Positions 39,683 through 50,148 of a DNA stretch of 64,000 nucleotides are shown here, piece after piece. Source of the stretch: Candidatus Poribacteria bacterium (GTDB lineage: Bacteria > Poribacteria > WGA-4E > WGA-3G); NCBI GenBank assembly GCA_965205025.1, contig CBDBFU010000028.1, positions 32,001 to 96,000 on the forward strand, written 5' to 3'. The notes under the pieces were generated by a model. That model saw nothing but the letters and a program-made list of their open reading frames with translations, was not told the DNA's origin and ran no database searches. The stretch's first letter is position 1. Each line of letters opens with the position of its first letter. The translations under genes were made by a program, and so were the position numbers.

Positions 39683-41155
39683 ATGGAAGAATCAAATGAC
39701 TTAATGCGACAACGAAAAGAAAAAGTAAATGAAATCCGTGAAGCGGGTATTAATCCTTATCCGCATCAATATACACCTACACACTCAACGTCACTCATTC
39801 ATAATGAATTTGAAGATGCGGATGATACACCAGATGAGAAAAATAAAGTCACTATCGCTGGAAGGATAATGACAAAACGCGATCATGGAAAAAGCAGTTT
39901 TGCACATATACAAGATAGTGAAGGACAAATCCAAATATACATACGACGGGACAATGTTGGACAAGATGCCTACCAGATATATCGAAAAGTTGATGTTGGT
40001 GATATTATCGGTGTGAGTGGCGTCGTTTTTCGGACACGTACTGGTGAGTTAACTATACTTGCTGATACAGTCGAATTACTCTCCAAATCTATCAGACCTC
40101 TCCCTGAAAAATGGCACGGTTTACAAGATAAGCAGACAAGATACAGACAACGTTATGCTGATCTTATCATGAATCCTGAAGTAAAGGATGTATTTATCAA
40201 GAGAACACATATTATACAAACTATACGGGACATGTTAAATGATGACAATTTCATTGAAGTAGAAACACCTGTCTTACAACCTATTTACGGAGGGGCAAGT
40301 GCGCGGCCATTTACGACTTATCATAATACATTAGATCAACCTTTATATCTCAGAATCGCGAATGAACTTTACTTAAAAAGACTAATTGTCGGTGGATTTG
40401 ATAGAGTCTATGAATTTTCACGTGACTTCAGAAACGAAGGAATGGACAGAGATCATAATCCAGAATTTACCATGTTAGAACTCTATCAAGCTTATGCTGA
40501 TTATCGAGAAATAATGGAACTAACAGAGAATCTTATTGCACAGACTGTTGAAAAACTACACGGCACAACAAAAATACAATACCAGGAGCAAGAGTTAGAT
40601 TTTACACCACCTTGGAACAGAATTACAATGGTGGAATCAATTCAGCAACACAGTAATTTTGATCCTGTTTCCTTATCTGATGACGAACTATACACTAAGT
40701 CTATTAATGCTGGAATTGAATTAGAAGGTGATGAATCAAGAGGTGAAATTATAGCAGAACTGTTCGATACATTTGTTGAAGATAAACTAATTCAACCCAC
40801 CTTTATTTATGATTACCCTATAGAAGTTTCTCCTTTTGCTAAAAAGAAACCTGAAAATCCTGAATATGTTGAACGGTTTGAATTCTTTATTTCTGGAATG
40901 GAAGTTGGTAATGCTTTTAGCGAACTAAATGATCCAATTGATCAACGACAACGTTTCTTAGAACAAGCAAGCAATTTAGAGAAAGGTGATGAAGAAGCCT
41001 TTATGGTTGATGAAGATTATCTACGCGCATTGGAATACGGAATGCCACCCACAGGTGGACTTGGAATAGGAATTGATAGATTGACAATGTTGTTGACTGA
41101 TCAATATTCCATTCGTGATGTGATTCTGTTTCCGCAAATGCGACCAGAAAGTTAA
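39683..41155 (+). CDS. lysS: Lysine--tRNA ligase (class II)
   Basis: PLPEKWHGL, GGASARPF, FRNEG, YGMPPTGGLGIGIDR. Confidence 0.96.
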   Translation: MEESNDLMRQRKEKVNEIREAGINPYPHQYTPTHSTSLIHNEFEDADDTPDEKNKVTIAGRIMTKRDHGKSSFAHIQDSEGQIQIYIRRDNVGQDAYQIYRKVDVGDIIGVSGVVFRTRTGELTILADTVELLSKSIRPLPEKWHGLQDKQTRYRQRYADLIMNPEVKDVFIKRTHIIQTIRDMLNDDNFIEVETPVLQPIYGGASARPFTTYHNTLDQPLYLRIANELYLKRLIVGGFDRVYEFSRDFRNEGMDRDHNPEFTMLELYQAYADYREIMELTENLIAQTVEKLHGTTKIQYQEQELDFTPPWNRITMVESIQQHSNFDPVSLSDDELYTKSINAGIELEGDESRGEIIAELFDTFVEDKLIQPTFIYDYPIEVSPFAKKKPENPEYVERFEFFISGMEVGNAFSELNDPIDQRQRFLEQASNLEKGDEEAFMVDEDYLRALEYGMPPTGGLGIGIDRLTMLLTDQYSIRDVILFPQMRPES

Positions 41156-41716
41156 ATGCTTACACCACCGATACTAAATACAGAAAGGCTGTTACTACGA
41201 CCATTTAAGCTGGAAGATGCTTCAGAGGTACAACGACTGGCTGGGGAAAGAGATATAGCTGCAAACACAGCTGTCATTCCACATCCCTATGAAGATGGGA
41301 TGGCAGAGGAGTGGATTTTTTCACATAGCAAGGGATATGAAGAAGGAACTGCACTCAATTTAGCAATTACACAAAAAGATAACGATACCTCTCAAGAAAC
41401 TCTTCTAATAGGTGCAATCGGTATAAGTATTGATCTCACAGAAAAAATCGGAGAACTAGGATTTTGGATTGGAAAACCGTATTGGAACAAAGGTTATTGT
41501 ACAGAAGCTGCAAAAGAAGTACTCATGTACAGTTTTAATGATATAGGTTTAAAGAGTATTCACGCCTTTCATTTTGGAAGAAATCCTGCATCAGGAAGAG
41601 TATTGCAAAAAATCGGTATGCAATATGAAGACTCCTTTCCAAATGCTATTGAAAAATGGGGAAAGAAGGAAGACCTAATCAAGTATAATATTCAAAGTAA
41701 TGTTATTGATTCCTAA
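41156..41716 (+). CDS. RimJ/RimL GNAT acetyltransferase
   Basis: TERLLLRP, ELGFWIGKPYWNKGY, NPASGRVLQKIGM. Confidence 0.88.
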   Translation: MLTPPILNTERLLLRPFKLEDASEVQRLAGERDIAANTAVIPHPYEDGMAEEWIFSHSKGYEEGTALNLAITQKDNDTSQETLLIGAIGISIDLTEKIGELGFWIGKPYWNKGYCTEAAKEVLMYSFNDIGLKSIHAFHFGRNPASGRVLQKIGMQYEDSFPNAIEKWGKKEDLIKYNIQSNVIDS

Positions 41717-41781
41717 TACACCTTAATCTGAGATAATTTATCAGGCTACGGCTGATATAGAAAATTAATTTAATCTATTAT

Positions 41782-43242
41782 ATGAAATTTGAATGGTTCG
41801 TAGCTTCACGTTATTTACTCTCTCGACGAAAACAATCTTTTATTTCGATTATTAGCGTTATATCTATAGTTGGGGTTTCACTTGGTGTTGCAACTGTAAT
41901 ATTGGTAATTGCTGTCTTGGATGGGGTTGAACATGGACTCAGAGATAGATTCCTTGCAAATGAAGCACATGTAGCAGTCAGCAAAATAGACAGAGGTTTT
42001 TTTGATGATTATGAGAAAAGAATTGATGCTATTCAAAAGGTTGATGGTGTTGTCTCTGTATCCCCAGTAGTATATACGCAATCAGCTATTTTTCAGAAAG
42101 GTAGTCAACGCATTGAAGATGTAATTTATATCAAAGGAATTGATCCTGAAGTAGAGGATACAGTTACAGGTTTTTCTAAATTTGTTGAAGGATCAGTAGA
42201 TTTTCAGGATCAGAAGATAATTGATCAAGCAAGTTTCCTCAATGATGAGTCAGTTACAGGAGGAATAGTACTTGGTGCACGTTTAGCAAGAAATCTAACA
42301 TTACATGAAGGCGATATACTCAGACTTGTAGTAAACTTAGAAGAAGATCCACATTCAGCTGGTGCATTTCTGCCAAGAATAAGAAATTTTGTTGTAATTG
42401 GTTTTTATGAATCAGAATTAGCTGTTTATGATAGTAGAATGGCTTTTATCCATTTGGATACTGCCCAGAAAATATATGAAAAAGAAGGTAATATTAATGT
42501 AATATTGGTTCGATTGGATGATCCTGAACTTGCACCTACAATTGGAGAAGAACTTATTGAGGTTGCTTCATTCGATATACTTGATATGCCTATTGCAACC
42601 ACTTGGTTGGATACACATGCACCACTGTTTGCAGCATTAGAGTTAGAAAAAATGGCAACTGTCATTATAGAGGCACTAATTATTCTGGTTGCAGCATTTA
42701 ACATTGCAAGTACATTGATAATGACGGTAATGGAAAAAACGAGAGATGTTGGCACGCTTCGCACACTTGGCGCGTCCCGTGGTAATATCATGTCTATATT
42801 CATGATTCAGGGATGTGTAATTGGCATGTTAGGTACACTTCTGGGAACAGCTTTGGGATTAGGCGTCTGTAAATTACTGAGTACAAATGTAATTCGACCT
42901 TCACCATTGATAGCATTTGCAACTATAGGACTATTAATACTCCTACAAATTAGTATTACCTTCAAAGTGGTATTATCAAGAACAAAACTAAAAAATATCG
43001 TAATGCTGGTTTTTTGGATTGTTGGAATTGCGTTTGTGTTATATTGTTTAGTTCAACCGATCTCATTAGAAGAATTAGGTTTGAGTGAAATATATCAGAT
43101 GAATCAACTCCCTATAAAAATTAATTGGTTTTTTGTTGGTTTTATTAATCTTCTCTCATTCTCTATCTGTTGGTTAGCTACGATTTATCCAGCATTTCAG
43201 GCATCCAATATGAGACCAATTGAGGCGTTGCAATATGAATAA
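41782..43242 (+). CDS. Lipoprotein-releasing ABC transporter permease (LolC/E family)
   Basis: FISIISVISIVGVSLGVA, VAAFNIASTL, EKTRDVGTLRTLGA, YPA..AS...PIEAL. Confidence 0.88.
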   Translation: MKFEWFVASRYLLSRRKQSFISIISVISIVGVSLGVATVILVIAVLDGVEHGLRDRFLANEAHVAVSKIDRGFFDDYEKRIDAIQKVDGVVSVSPVVYTQSAIFQKGSQRIEDVIYIKGIDPEVEDTVTGFSKFVEGSVDFQDQKIIDQASFLNDESVTGGIVLGARLARNLTLHEGDILRLVVNLEEDPHSAGAFLPRIRNFVVIGFYESELAVYDSRMAFIHLDTAQKIYEKEGNINVILVRLDDPELAPTIGEELIEVASFDILDMPIATTWLDTHAPLFAALELEKMATVIIEALIILVAAFNIASTLIMTVMEKTRDVGTLRTLGASRGNIMSIFMIQGCVIGMLGTLLGTALGLGVCKLLSTNVIRPSPLIAFATIGLLILLQISITFKVVLSRTKLKNIVMLVFWIVGIAFVLYCLVQPISLEELGLSEIYQMNQLPIKINWFFVGFINLLSFSICWLATIYPAFQASNMRPIEALQYE

Positions 43243-43245
43243 TCC

Positions 43246-43989
43246 ATGATTGTGATAACTCCATTAATGGAAATCTCTGATGTAATGGAAAAACTAATAA
43301 AAGTAGTAAATTTAGAAAAATCGTTCTTTGATGGTGACTCAGAACTGAAAGTCCTAAAAGGTGTTAACCTTGAGGTAAATGAATCTGAGATTCTGGCAAT
43401 TATGGGTGCATCAGGTGCTGGAAAAAGTACGTTACTGCATTTAATCGGAACACTTGATCGTCCTACATCTGGTAATATCTATTATGAAGATGAAGATATT
43501 ACAACCTACTCAGAACGGGAACTTACCCAATTCAGAAATGCCTCAGTCGGTTTTGTTTTTCAGTTTCATCAATTATTACCAGAATTTAACGCACTTGAAA
43601 ACGTGTTAATGGGAAAATTAATCTCAAATCGTAAATCTGGCTATACTGGAGGACAGCAGCTTAATCGGAACGAAATGAACGATAGAGCTGAGAACTTACT
43701 TGGAAGTGTTGGTCTATCAGAAAGATTAACACACTTTCCAAGTCAACTATCCGGTGGAGAACGACAACGAGTTGCTATTGCAAGAGCATTGATGAATCAA
43801 CCTAAAGTTATCCTCGCTGACGAACCAACCGGTAATATTGATGATATTACCAGTGAAGTTGTTTTTGATGTTTTGCTACAGGTTAATGAAGAACTCAACC
43901 AGACAATTATTATTGTAACACATGATTCACGCCTATCAAACCAAACAACCAGAACTGTGAACCTTGTTGAAGGAAAAATTACATATTAA
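43246..43989 (+). CDS. lolD: Lipoprotein-releasing ABC transporter ATPase
   Basis: GASGAGKS, GFVFQFHQLL, LSGGERQR, ADEPTGN. Confidence 0.85.
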   Translation: MIVITPLMEISDVMEKLIKVVNLEKSFFDGDSELKVLKGVNLEVNESEILAIMGASGAGKSTLLHLIGTLDRPTSGNIYYEDEDITTYSERELTQFRNASVGFVFQFHQLLPEFNALENVLMGKLISNRKSGYTGGQQLNRNEMNDRAENLLGSVGLSERLTHFPSQLSGGERQRVAIARALMNQPKVILADEPTGNIDDITSEVVFDVLLQVNEELNQTIIIVTHDSRLSNQTTRTVNLVEGKITY

Positions 43990-44026
43990 CCACAAATTAT
44001 AATAAGTATACAGGAAGGTTTAGTGA

Positions 44027-44899
44027 ATGTTGATATATCTTGACGGAGAATTTGTACCATGTTCGGAGGCAAAGATTTCCGTGTTCGATCATGGATTACT
44101 CTATGGTGACGGTGTTTTTGAAGGGATTCGTTGCTATAATGGTAATGTCTTCAAATTGGATGAACACTTAGAACGACTTTACGATTCAGCGAAATCGATT
44201 ATGTTACAAATCCCAATATCAATTGAAGAAATGAAGGAGAATCTACTTGAAACCCTCCGACGAAATGACCTTCATGAAGGGTATATCCGATTAGTTGTTA
44301 CCCGGGGTATAGGAGATTTAGGATTAGATCCAGAAAAATGTCCAAATCCTTCTGTTATTATTATTGCCGACAAGATAACTTTGTATCCACTGAATTTCTA
44401 TGAAGATGGATTAGAGATTGTCACTGTTTCTATACGACGAAACTATCCAGAAGCAATTAATCCTCGAATAAAATCTCTTAACTACCTGAACAATATACTT
44501 GCAAAAATTGAAGCTAAACAATCTGGTGCAGTTGAAGCATTGATGTTAAACAATGATGGGTATGTAGTTGAATGTACTGGAGATAATATTTTTTGGATAA
44601 AAAATGAAGTAATTGTTACTCCACCGCAACATATAGGTATATTAGAGGGTGTTACACGTAATTGTGTAATTGAATTAGCACAAGAAGCAGGATTTGAAAT
44701 AGAAGAACGTGTTTTCACACGACACGACTTATATATTGCTGATGAATGTTTCTTGACTGGTACGGCTGCCGAAGTAATACCGGTTGTAAAACTTGATCAG
44801 AGAGTAATTGGGAATGGAAAACCAGGGATAGTCACCCAAAAATTAATCGCCGCATTTCGACAATTAGCAAACAATAGTGGAACACCTATATATACTTAA
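44027..44899 (+). CDS. ilvE: Branched-chain amino acid aminotransferase
   Basis: HGLLYGDGVFEG, KSLNYLNN, ILEGVTR, TGTAAEV. Confidence 0.92.
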   Translation: MLIYLDGEFVPCSEAKISVFDHGLLYGDGVFEGIRCYNGNVFKLDEHLERLYDSAKSIMLQIPISIEEMKENLLETLRRNDLHEGYIRLVVTRGIGDLGLDPEKCPNPSVIIIADKITLYPLNFYEDGLEIVTVSIRRNYPEAINPRIKSLNYLNNILAKIEAKQSGAVEALMLNNDGYVVECTGDNIFWIKNEVIVTPPQHIGILEGVTRNCVIELAQEAGFEIEERVFTRHDLYIADECFLTGTAAEVIPVVKLDQRVIGNGKPGIVTQKLIAAFRQLANNSGTPIYT

Positions 44900-44919
44900 G
44901 CAAGTTTAAACTCAATAGA

Positions 44920-47403
44920 ATGATAAGGATGTATTCTTACGAATGCTTAAGGAGGAACTTCAAAATGAATATTAAAAGACCACCTATTCAGCTACTCATA
45001 TTTAGTATAATTGCAATTTCTATCTCTCCATATATATGTTTCAATACGTTTGCTGGTCAATCAGAAGATAACACTTACGGACCAAAACTTTCTACTGAAA
45101 CGGTACAAGAAAATAAAACAGAATCATCTCAAGAAGAAACTCCTATAGTTGATGAATCATTACTCGTGAAAAAGATAGACTTTATTGGAGTACAATCCTT
45201 ACGTAAGGAAATGTTGCAGACTCTAATACAAACACAAATAGGACAAGAAGTATCTTCTGAAATACTTACAAAGGATATTGAAAGTCTTTACAAGGATACA
45301 GGATTCTTTTCTGATATTAGGGTCGAAGCTAAACCTGCATCAGATAGTGGACTTGAAATACATTTTATTTTTATAGAGAGTCCTAAACTTGAAGGGATTA
45401 CTATTATTGGTAACGAAGACTTGGATACTGGTAAACTCATGGATAAAGTTACCTTACGGAGATCAGAAATCTATAGTGATCGTCAAAGGTGGGAAAGTGA
45501 ACGCGCTATCCGCCAATTCTACCATGAGAAAGGGTATTATCTGGTAAGTATTCAAGTCCATGATGATTTAAATAAAGAAGAAAATACTAACCACATAACT
45601 TTCGAAATTGATGAGGGACCACGGGTTCGAATTACTGAAATTAACTTTATTGGCAATAATCAAGTAAGTGCGAAAAAGCTCATGAAAAAAATGAAGACCC
45701 GTGTTGGAAAACACTTTGATGAAATCCTTTTTGAAGAAGAAGATATAAGTCTAAATCTTAGGAATTATTATCAAGATCTCGGTTTTGCTCAGGTGAAGAT
45801 TCTGGGTCATGAGAAACGTTTCACTGAAGATAAAACTGGACTGATGCTTGACATTTCTGTTGATGAAGGACCTCAATTCGTTGTTGGAACGTATATAATT
45901 AAACTTCAGAAGGGAGAGAAGACTGTCTATTCTGAAGATAAGATACGTGGAATGATTGATCCGGCTGAAGGTGAAATATTTAATCGAGACACTTTCGAAG
46001 AATCAATCGCAGAACTACAGCAATCATACCTCGATAAAGGTTATCTTCTATCCGAAGTTAACCCAATCCCCTACTACGATGAAGCCAATGCTCTGGTTAA
46101 TATCACATTGAATATCAACCAGGGAGATGTAATTATTATTGACGATGTGCCTATACGTGGATTAGCAAAGACGAAAGAAAATGTCATCAGACGGGAACTT
46201 GATTGGTTAAATATAAAATCAGATGAACTCCTCGATGTTAAAGTCCTTCGTAAAGCTCGTCAACGACTCTTCCAGATGGGACCATTCATTCGTGCAGTAG
46301 ATTTTGTGCCAAGTGATACACGGAATGATAGCCGTAAGAATCTTGTTGTAAATATAGCTGAATCCCCTACTACAGGAACGCTTAGTGTCGGTGGCGGATA
46401 CGGGAGTGAAGGTGGAATTTTTGGTACTGCAGAAATAGGACAAAATAACTTGTTTGGCAGAGCATATAGAGTTCATCTAAAAGGTGAGTTAGGAACTCGT
46501 GATCATCATACTGCTCAAGCAAGTTTCGGCTCACCATGGATTTTTGGAACACCCACTCGGTTAAATGCACGCATATATAACAACCGACGGTTTAGACGAC
46601 ATTATAGTACTGTCGCATCCGCACTTTACCAAAACTTTGAAACTGACCGATATGTTTGGGAAACAAGAGGTGCATCAGTTTCACTCGGACGACCTATCAG
46701 CTACGATATTGATCTGTCTGTAAGATTCCGAAACGAATACGTATTAATTGAAATACCAGATAGAGAGCCATCTAATCGGTCCACACGGAGTATTCTATTC
46801 GCAGTAGGACGAGACACGCGGGATTATCGGACTTCTCTTTATGATCCTATGGGGGGAAGTTCGAGTAGTATATCTTATGAATACTCAGGGGGACTCTTAG
46901 GGGCAGATAACCAGTTCCAAAAGTATACTGCGGATACAGGTTGGTTCTACAATCCCTGGTGGAATCATGTATTTGCCTTCCATTCACGCGCGGGTTATAT
47001 GATTAGTAGAAGCAGTGATAATAGGGAACTCTACTACGAAAGATTTTACCTGGGTGGTGTTGATACTGTCAGAGGGTATGAAGATTATGAGATTTATCCG
47101 GATCCAGATGAAAATGAACAGTTTAATCCTTTTGGTGGTAACAAAGTGTTTTTTGCTAATTTTGAATATCGCATTCCTGTTTCACCACAACTCACCACTG
47201 CTCTTTTCTTCGATGTTGGACAAGTTTGGGATGAATCAGTGATGAATCCATTTAACCAAATTAATCTAAAACGTGGTGCAGGTGTGGAGGCACGATTACA
47301 AATGTTAGGTATGTTAGCACGCTTTGGCTGGGGATATGCTTTTGACAGGCAAACTAGACCGCCACAAGGCAGATTCTATTTCACGATTGGACCAGGATTT
47401 TAA
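44920..47403 (+). CDS. bamA: Outer membrane protein assembly factor
   Basis: POTRA repeats, VRGY motif, C-terminal FTIGPGF; followed by skp and lpxD. Confidence 0.9.
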   Translation: MIRMYSYECLRRNFKMNIKRPPIQLLIFSIIAISISPYICFNTFAGQSEDNTYGPKLSTETVQENKTESSQEETPIVDESLLVKKIDFIGVQSLRKEMLQTLIQTQIGQEVSSEILTKDIESLYKDTGFFSDIRVEAKPASDSGLEIHFIFIESPKLEGITIIGNEDLDTGKLMDKVTLRRSEIYSDRQRWESERAIRQFYHEKGYYLVSIQVHDDLNKEENTNHITFEIDEGPRVRITEINFIGNNQVSAKKLMKKMKTRVGKHFDEILFEEEDISLNLRNYYQDLGFAQVKILGHEKRFTEDKTGLMLDISVDEGPQFVVGTYIIKLQKGEKTVYSEDKIRGMIDPAEGEIFNRDTFEESIAELQQSYLDKGYLLSEVNPIPYYDEANALVNITLNINQGDVIIIDDVPIRGLAKTKENVIRRELDWLNIKSDELLDVKVLRKARQRLFQMGPFIRAVDFVPSDTRNDSRKNLVVNIAESPTTGTLSVGGGYGSEGGIFGTAEIGQNNLFGRAYRVHLKGELGTRDHHTAQASFGSPWIFGTPTRLNARIYNNRRFRRHYSTVASALYQNFETDRYVWETRGASVSLGRPISYDIDLSVRFRNEYVLIEIPDREPSNRSTRSILFAVGRDTRDYRTSLYDPMGGSSSSISYEYSGGLLGADNQFQKYTADTGWFYNPWWNHVFAFHSRAGYMISRSSDNRELYYERFYLGGVDTVRGYEDYEIYPDPDENEQFNPFGGNKVFFANFEYRIPVSPQLTTALFFDVGQVWDESVMNPFNQINLKRGAGVEARLQMLGMLARFGWGYAFDRQTRPPQGRFYFTIGPGF

Positions 47404-47495
47404 GAGAACTTTAATTACTTAGTTTACTATTCTAATATTGATATTTACAAAGCAGAGACTATAGTAAAAGGTGTTCTGCTATAAGAGGATTTTTT

Positions 47496-48041
47496 ATGAA
47501 AAAGTATGTTTTAATTTTATGCTCAATTATGCTATTCAGTATGTTGAGTGGTAGTATTGGACAAGAAGGTTTTAAATTTGGTGTTGTAGACACACAACTT
47601 GTATTGGATAACTATGGGAAATTTAAGGATGCTAATGAAATTCTCCAGACTGCAGATAAACGGTTGAGAGACAAGCTTGAAGGGTTATTTCAAGAAATTA
47701 GAACTTTACAAGAGAAATTAACAAAAACAGAACTATTTCTTGAGAAACCTCAGACTGAAGAACTGCAAAACCAAATTAAGACTAAAGAAGATGAATTCAT
47801 GCGGGAAAGACAAGCTGGTGAACAAGCATTGCTGGATAAGCAGAAAGAACTAATGGAACCAATCCTGAAGGAAATTGAAGAATTGATTAAGAATACTGGA
47901 AAAGAACAGAATTATGATCTGATAATTAGTAAACAAGCAGCACTATATTACAATGAAAAGTATGATATCACTGATAGTCTGATTGAAACTATAAATAAAT
48001 TGCCAGAGAATAACGCTGAAAAGAAACCTGCAAATGAATAG
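47496..48041 (+). CDS. skp: OmpH/Skp periplasmic chaperone
   Basis: Signal peptide, GVVD, coiled coil, YDLII...DITD; position between bamA and lpxD. Confidence 0.85.
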   Translation: MKKYVLILCSIMLFSMLSGSIGQEGFKFGVVDTQLVLDNYGKFKDANEILQTADKRLRDKLEGLFQEIRTLQEKLTKTELFLEKPQTEELQNQIKTKEDEFMRERQAGEQALLDKQKELMEPILKEIEELIKNTGKEQNYDLIISKQAALYYNEKYDITDSLIETINKLPENNAEKKPANE

Positions 48042-48083
48042 ATTTATTTGTTTGGCATGAACATCCGTGAAACGAGGTGAAAT

Positions 48084-49145
48084 ATGAGCATCAAACTCAA
48101 AGATATATGTAAACACCTTGGTGGTGATCTTTCTGGAGATGGAGAGATTGAAATTACGGGTGTATCTGGCATAAAGGAAGCTGAACCAAATCAAATTACC
48201 TTCGTAGCGAATGCAAAATACCTTAGTGCTATTGCAACAACCCAAGCTTCAGCAATCATCATAGGGAGAGGCGTATCAGGAAATGGTAAAGCAACAATAT
48301 GTGTAGATAATCCATATTGGGGTTTTGTAAAAGTTCTGGAATTGTTTGCCTGGGATTCCGAAACTATACCTCAGACAGGTATACATGAGACAGCAATATT
48401 AGGTGAAAACGTCTCTATCGGCGAAGGTGTAACTATAGAACCATTTGCCGTGATTGGTGACAATGTGGAAATTGGTGATGAGACAATTATTAAGCCTCAT
48501 GTCTACATAGGGACAGATAGCAAAATTGGCAAGAATGGATTAATATATTCACAGGTGAGTATACGAGAAAATGTGACTATTGGGGATAATGTCATTATAC
48601 ATTGTGGGGCTGTAATTGGTAGTGATGGATTTGGATTTACACCAAATCCGTCAAATAATAGTCCCTACAAGATTCCACAGATTGGAACTGTAGTTATTGA
48701 GGATAATGTAGAAATTGGGGCAAATACCACTATAGATCGTGCAACTATTGCTGAAACACTCATAAAGAGTGGAACAAAACTCGACAATCTTGTTCAAATT
48801 GCTCATAATGTAGTTATCGGGGAAGATTGTTGTTTGGCTGCACAATCTGGTATGGCTGGTAGCAGTACACTTGGTGATAGGGTCAATATTGCAGGACAAT
48901 CAGGTGTGGTAGGACATTTAACGGTAGGTGAAAATAGTGTTCTTTATGCAAAATCCGCGATCACAAAAGATACACCCCCAAATAGCCAACTCTCCGGTTT
49001 TCCTGCCCGTCCACATAAACAGGAATTACGTTTTCAGGCAGCAACTCGAAAATTACCTGAACTTATGCAGGAATTTAAACATCTTCAAAAAAAAGTAGTA
49101 GAACTTGAAGAAAAGTTAAAAACTCTTGAACATACAGAAGACTAA
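48084..49145 (+). CDS. lpxD: UDP-3-O-acylglucosamine N-acyltransferase
   Basis: Hexapeptide repeats, GSDGFG, KIPQIG, IDRAT, DNLVQIAHN. Confidence 0.93.
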   Translation: MSIKLKDICKHLGGDLSGDGEIEITGVSGIKEAEPNQITFVANAKYLSAIATTQASAIIIGRGVSGNGKATICVDNPYWGFVKVLELFAWDSETIPQTGIHETAILGENVSIGEGVTIEPFAVIGDNVEIGDETIIKPHVYIGTDSKIGKNGLIYSQVSIRENVTIGDNVIIHCGAVIGSDGFGFTPNPSNNSPYKIPQIGTVVIEDNVEIGANTTIDRATIAETLIKSGTKLDNLVQIAHNVVIGEDCCLAAQSGMAGSSTLGDRVNIAGQSGVVGHLTVGENSVLYAKSAITKDTPPNSQLSGFPARPHKQELRFQAATRKLPELMQEFKHLQKKVVELEEKLKTLEHTED

Positions 49146-49258
49146 TATCTAACAAAATCCAATACACATCACTTCAATAGATTAACACATTTCTTCCACT
49201 CCTCACCGTTTAAATACTGCAAGTAATCCAAATAATATATACATTTTTTAATATTGAT

Positions 49259-50113
49259 ATGAAACAGATTCTATCGTATGTTGAATTGACTCGTCCTCTT
49301 AATGGGATGATTGCTTTTGTTTCAGCATGGTTAGGTGGTATGTTTGCAATCAATGAAACCTTGCTGACCATCACAGATTATCGACTCTTTCTGGTGTCTA
49401 TAGCTGCGTTATTATTATTATCTGCTGGAAATGCAATTAATGATTATTGTGATTATACCACAGACAAGATTAATAAACCAAATAGACCCATACCTTCTGG
49501 AAGGATAAAGAGAAGTAATGCTTTGATTTTTGCCTTGATTCTAATGAGTATTGGAATTCTAATAGGATTATACATAAATTTCTACGCATTCTGTATTGCA
49601 ATTATAGTTATTCTTTTACTTATATTCTATGCTAAATGGCTAAAGAGAACTCCTTTCTTAGGAAACATAGTAGTTAGTTGTTTGACCGCTATAACCTTTA
49701 TTTCGGGAGGGGTGGCTATTGGATCAATAAAGGGGACTATCATTCCAGCAATCTTCGCGTTTTTATATACTACTGCACGGGAAATCGTAAAAGACATTGA
49801 AGATATTGAAGGAGATCAAAAAACACAGGTTAAAACATTAGCTATTATCAATCCAAAACTTGCTGTAAATATAGCATTGAGTTTCATGGGTTTTGTTATT
49901 TTTTTCAGTCCAATACCTTATCTAATTGGATTTTATTCTTGGCATTATCTCCTCCTAATAATATTTGGTGTTGATATAATACTTGTCTATTTAGGATTAC
50001 GACTTTGGAAGGATTCTTCAAATAGTAATTGTGCTTTCATCCAACGTTGTATGAAATGGGATATCTTTATTGGATTAGGGGCAATTTATCTGGGATCTGT
50101 AATGAATGTATAA
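49259..50113 (+). CDS. UbiA-family prenyltransferase, DGGGP-synthase-like
   Basis: LTRPLN, NAINDYCDYTTDKINKPNRPIPSG, AREIVKDIEDIEGD. Confidence 0.8.
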   Translation: MKQILSYVELTRPLNGMIAFVSAWLGGMFAINETLLTITDYRLFLVSIAALLLLSAGNAINDYCDYTTDKINKPNRPIPSGRIKRSNALIFALILMSIGILIGLYINFYAFCIAIIVILLLIFYAKWLKRTPFLGNIVVSCLTAITFISGGVAIGSIKGTIIPAIFAFLYTTAREIVKDIEDIEGDQKTQVKTLAIINPKLAVNIALSFMGFVIFFSPIPYLIGFYSWHYLLLIIFGVDIILVYLGLRLWKDSSNSNCAFIQRCMKWDIFIGLGAIYLGSVMNV

Positions 50114-50148
50114 AGAGGTAGGACATACTACTTTTTGTCCTAATTAAA

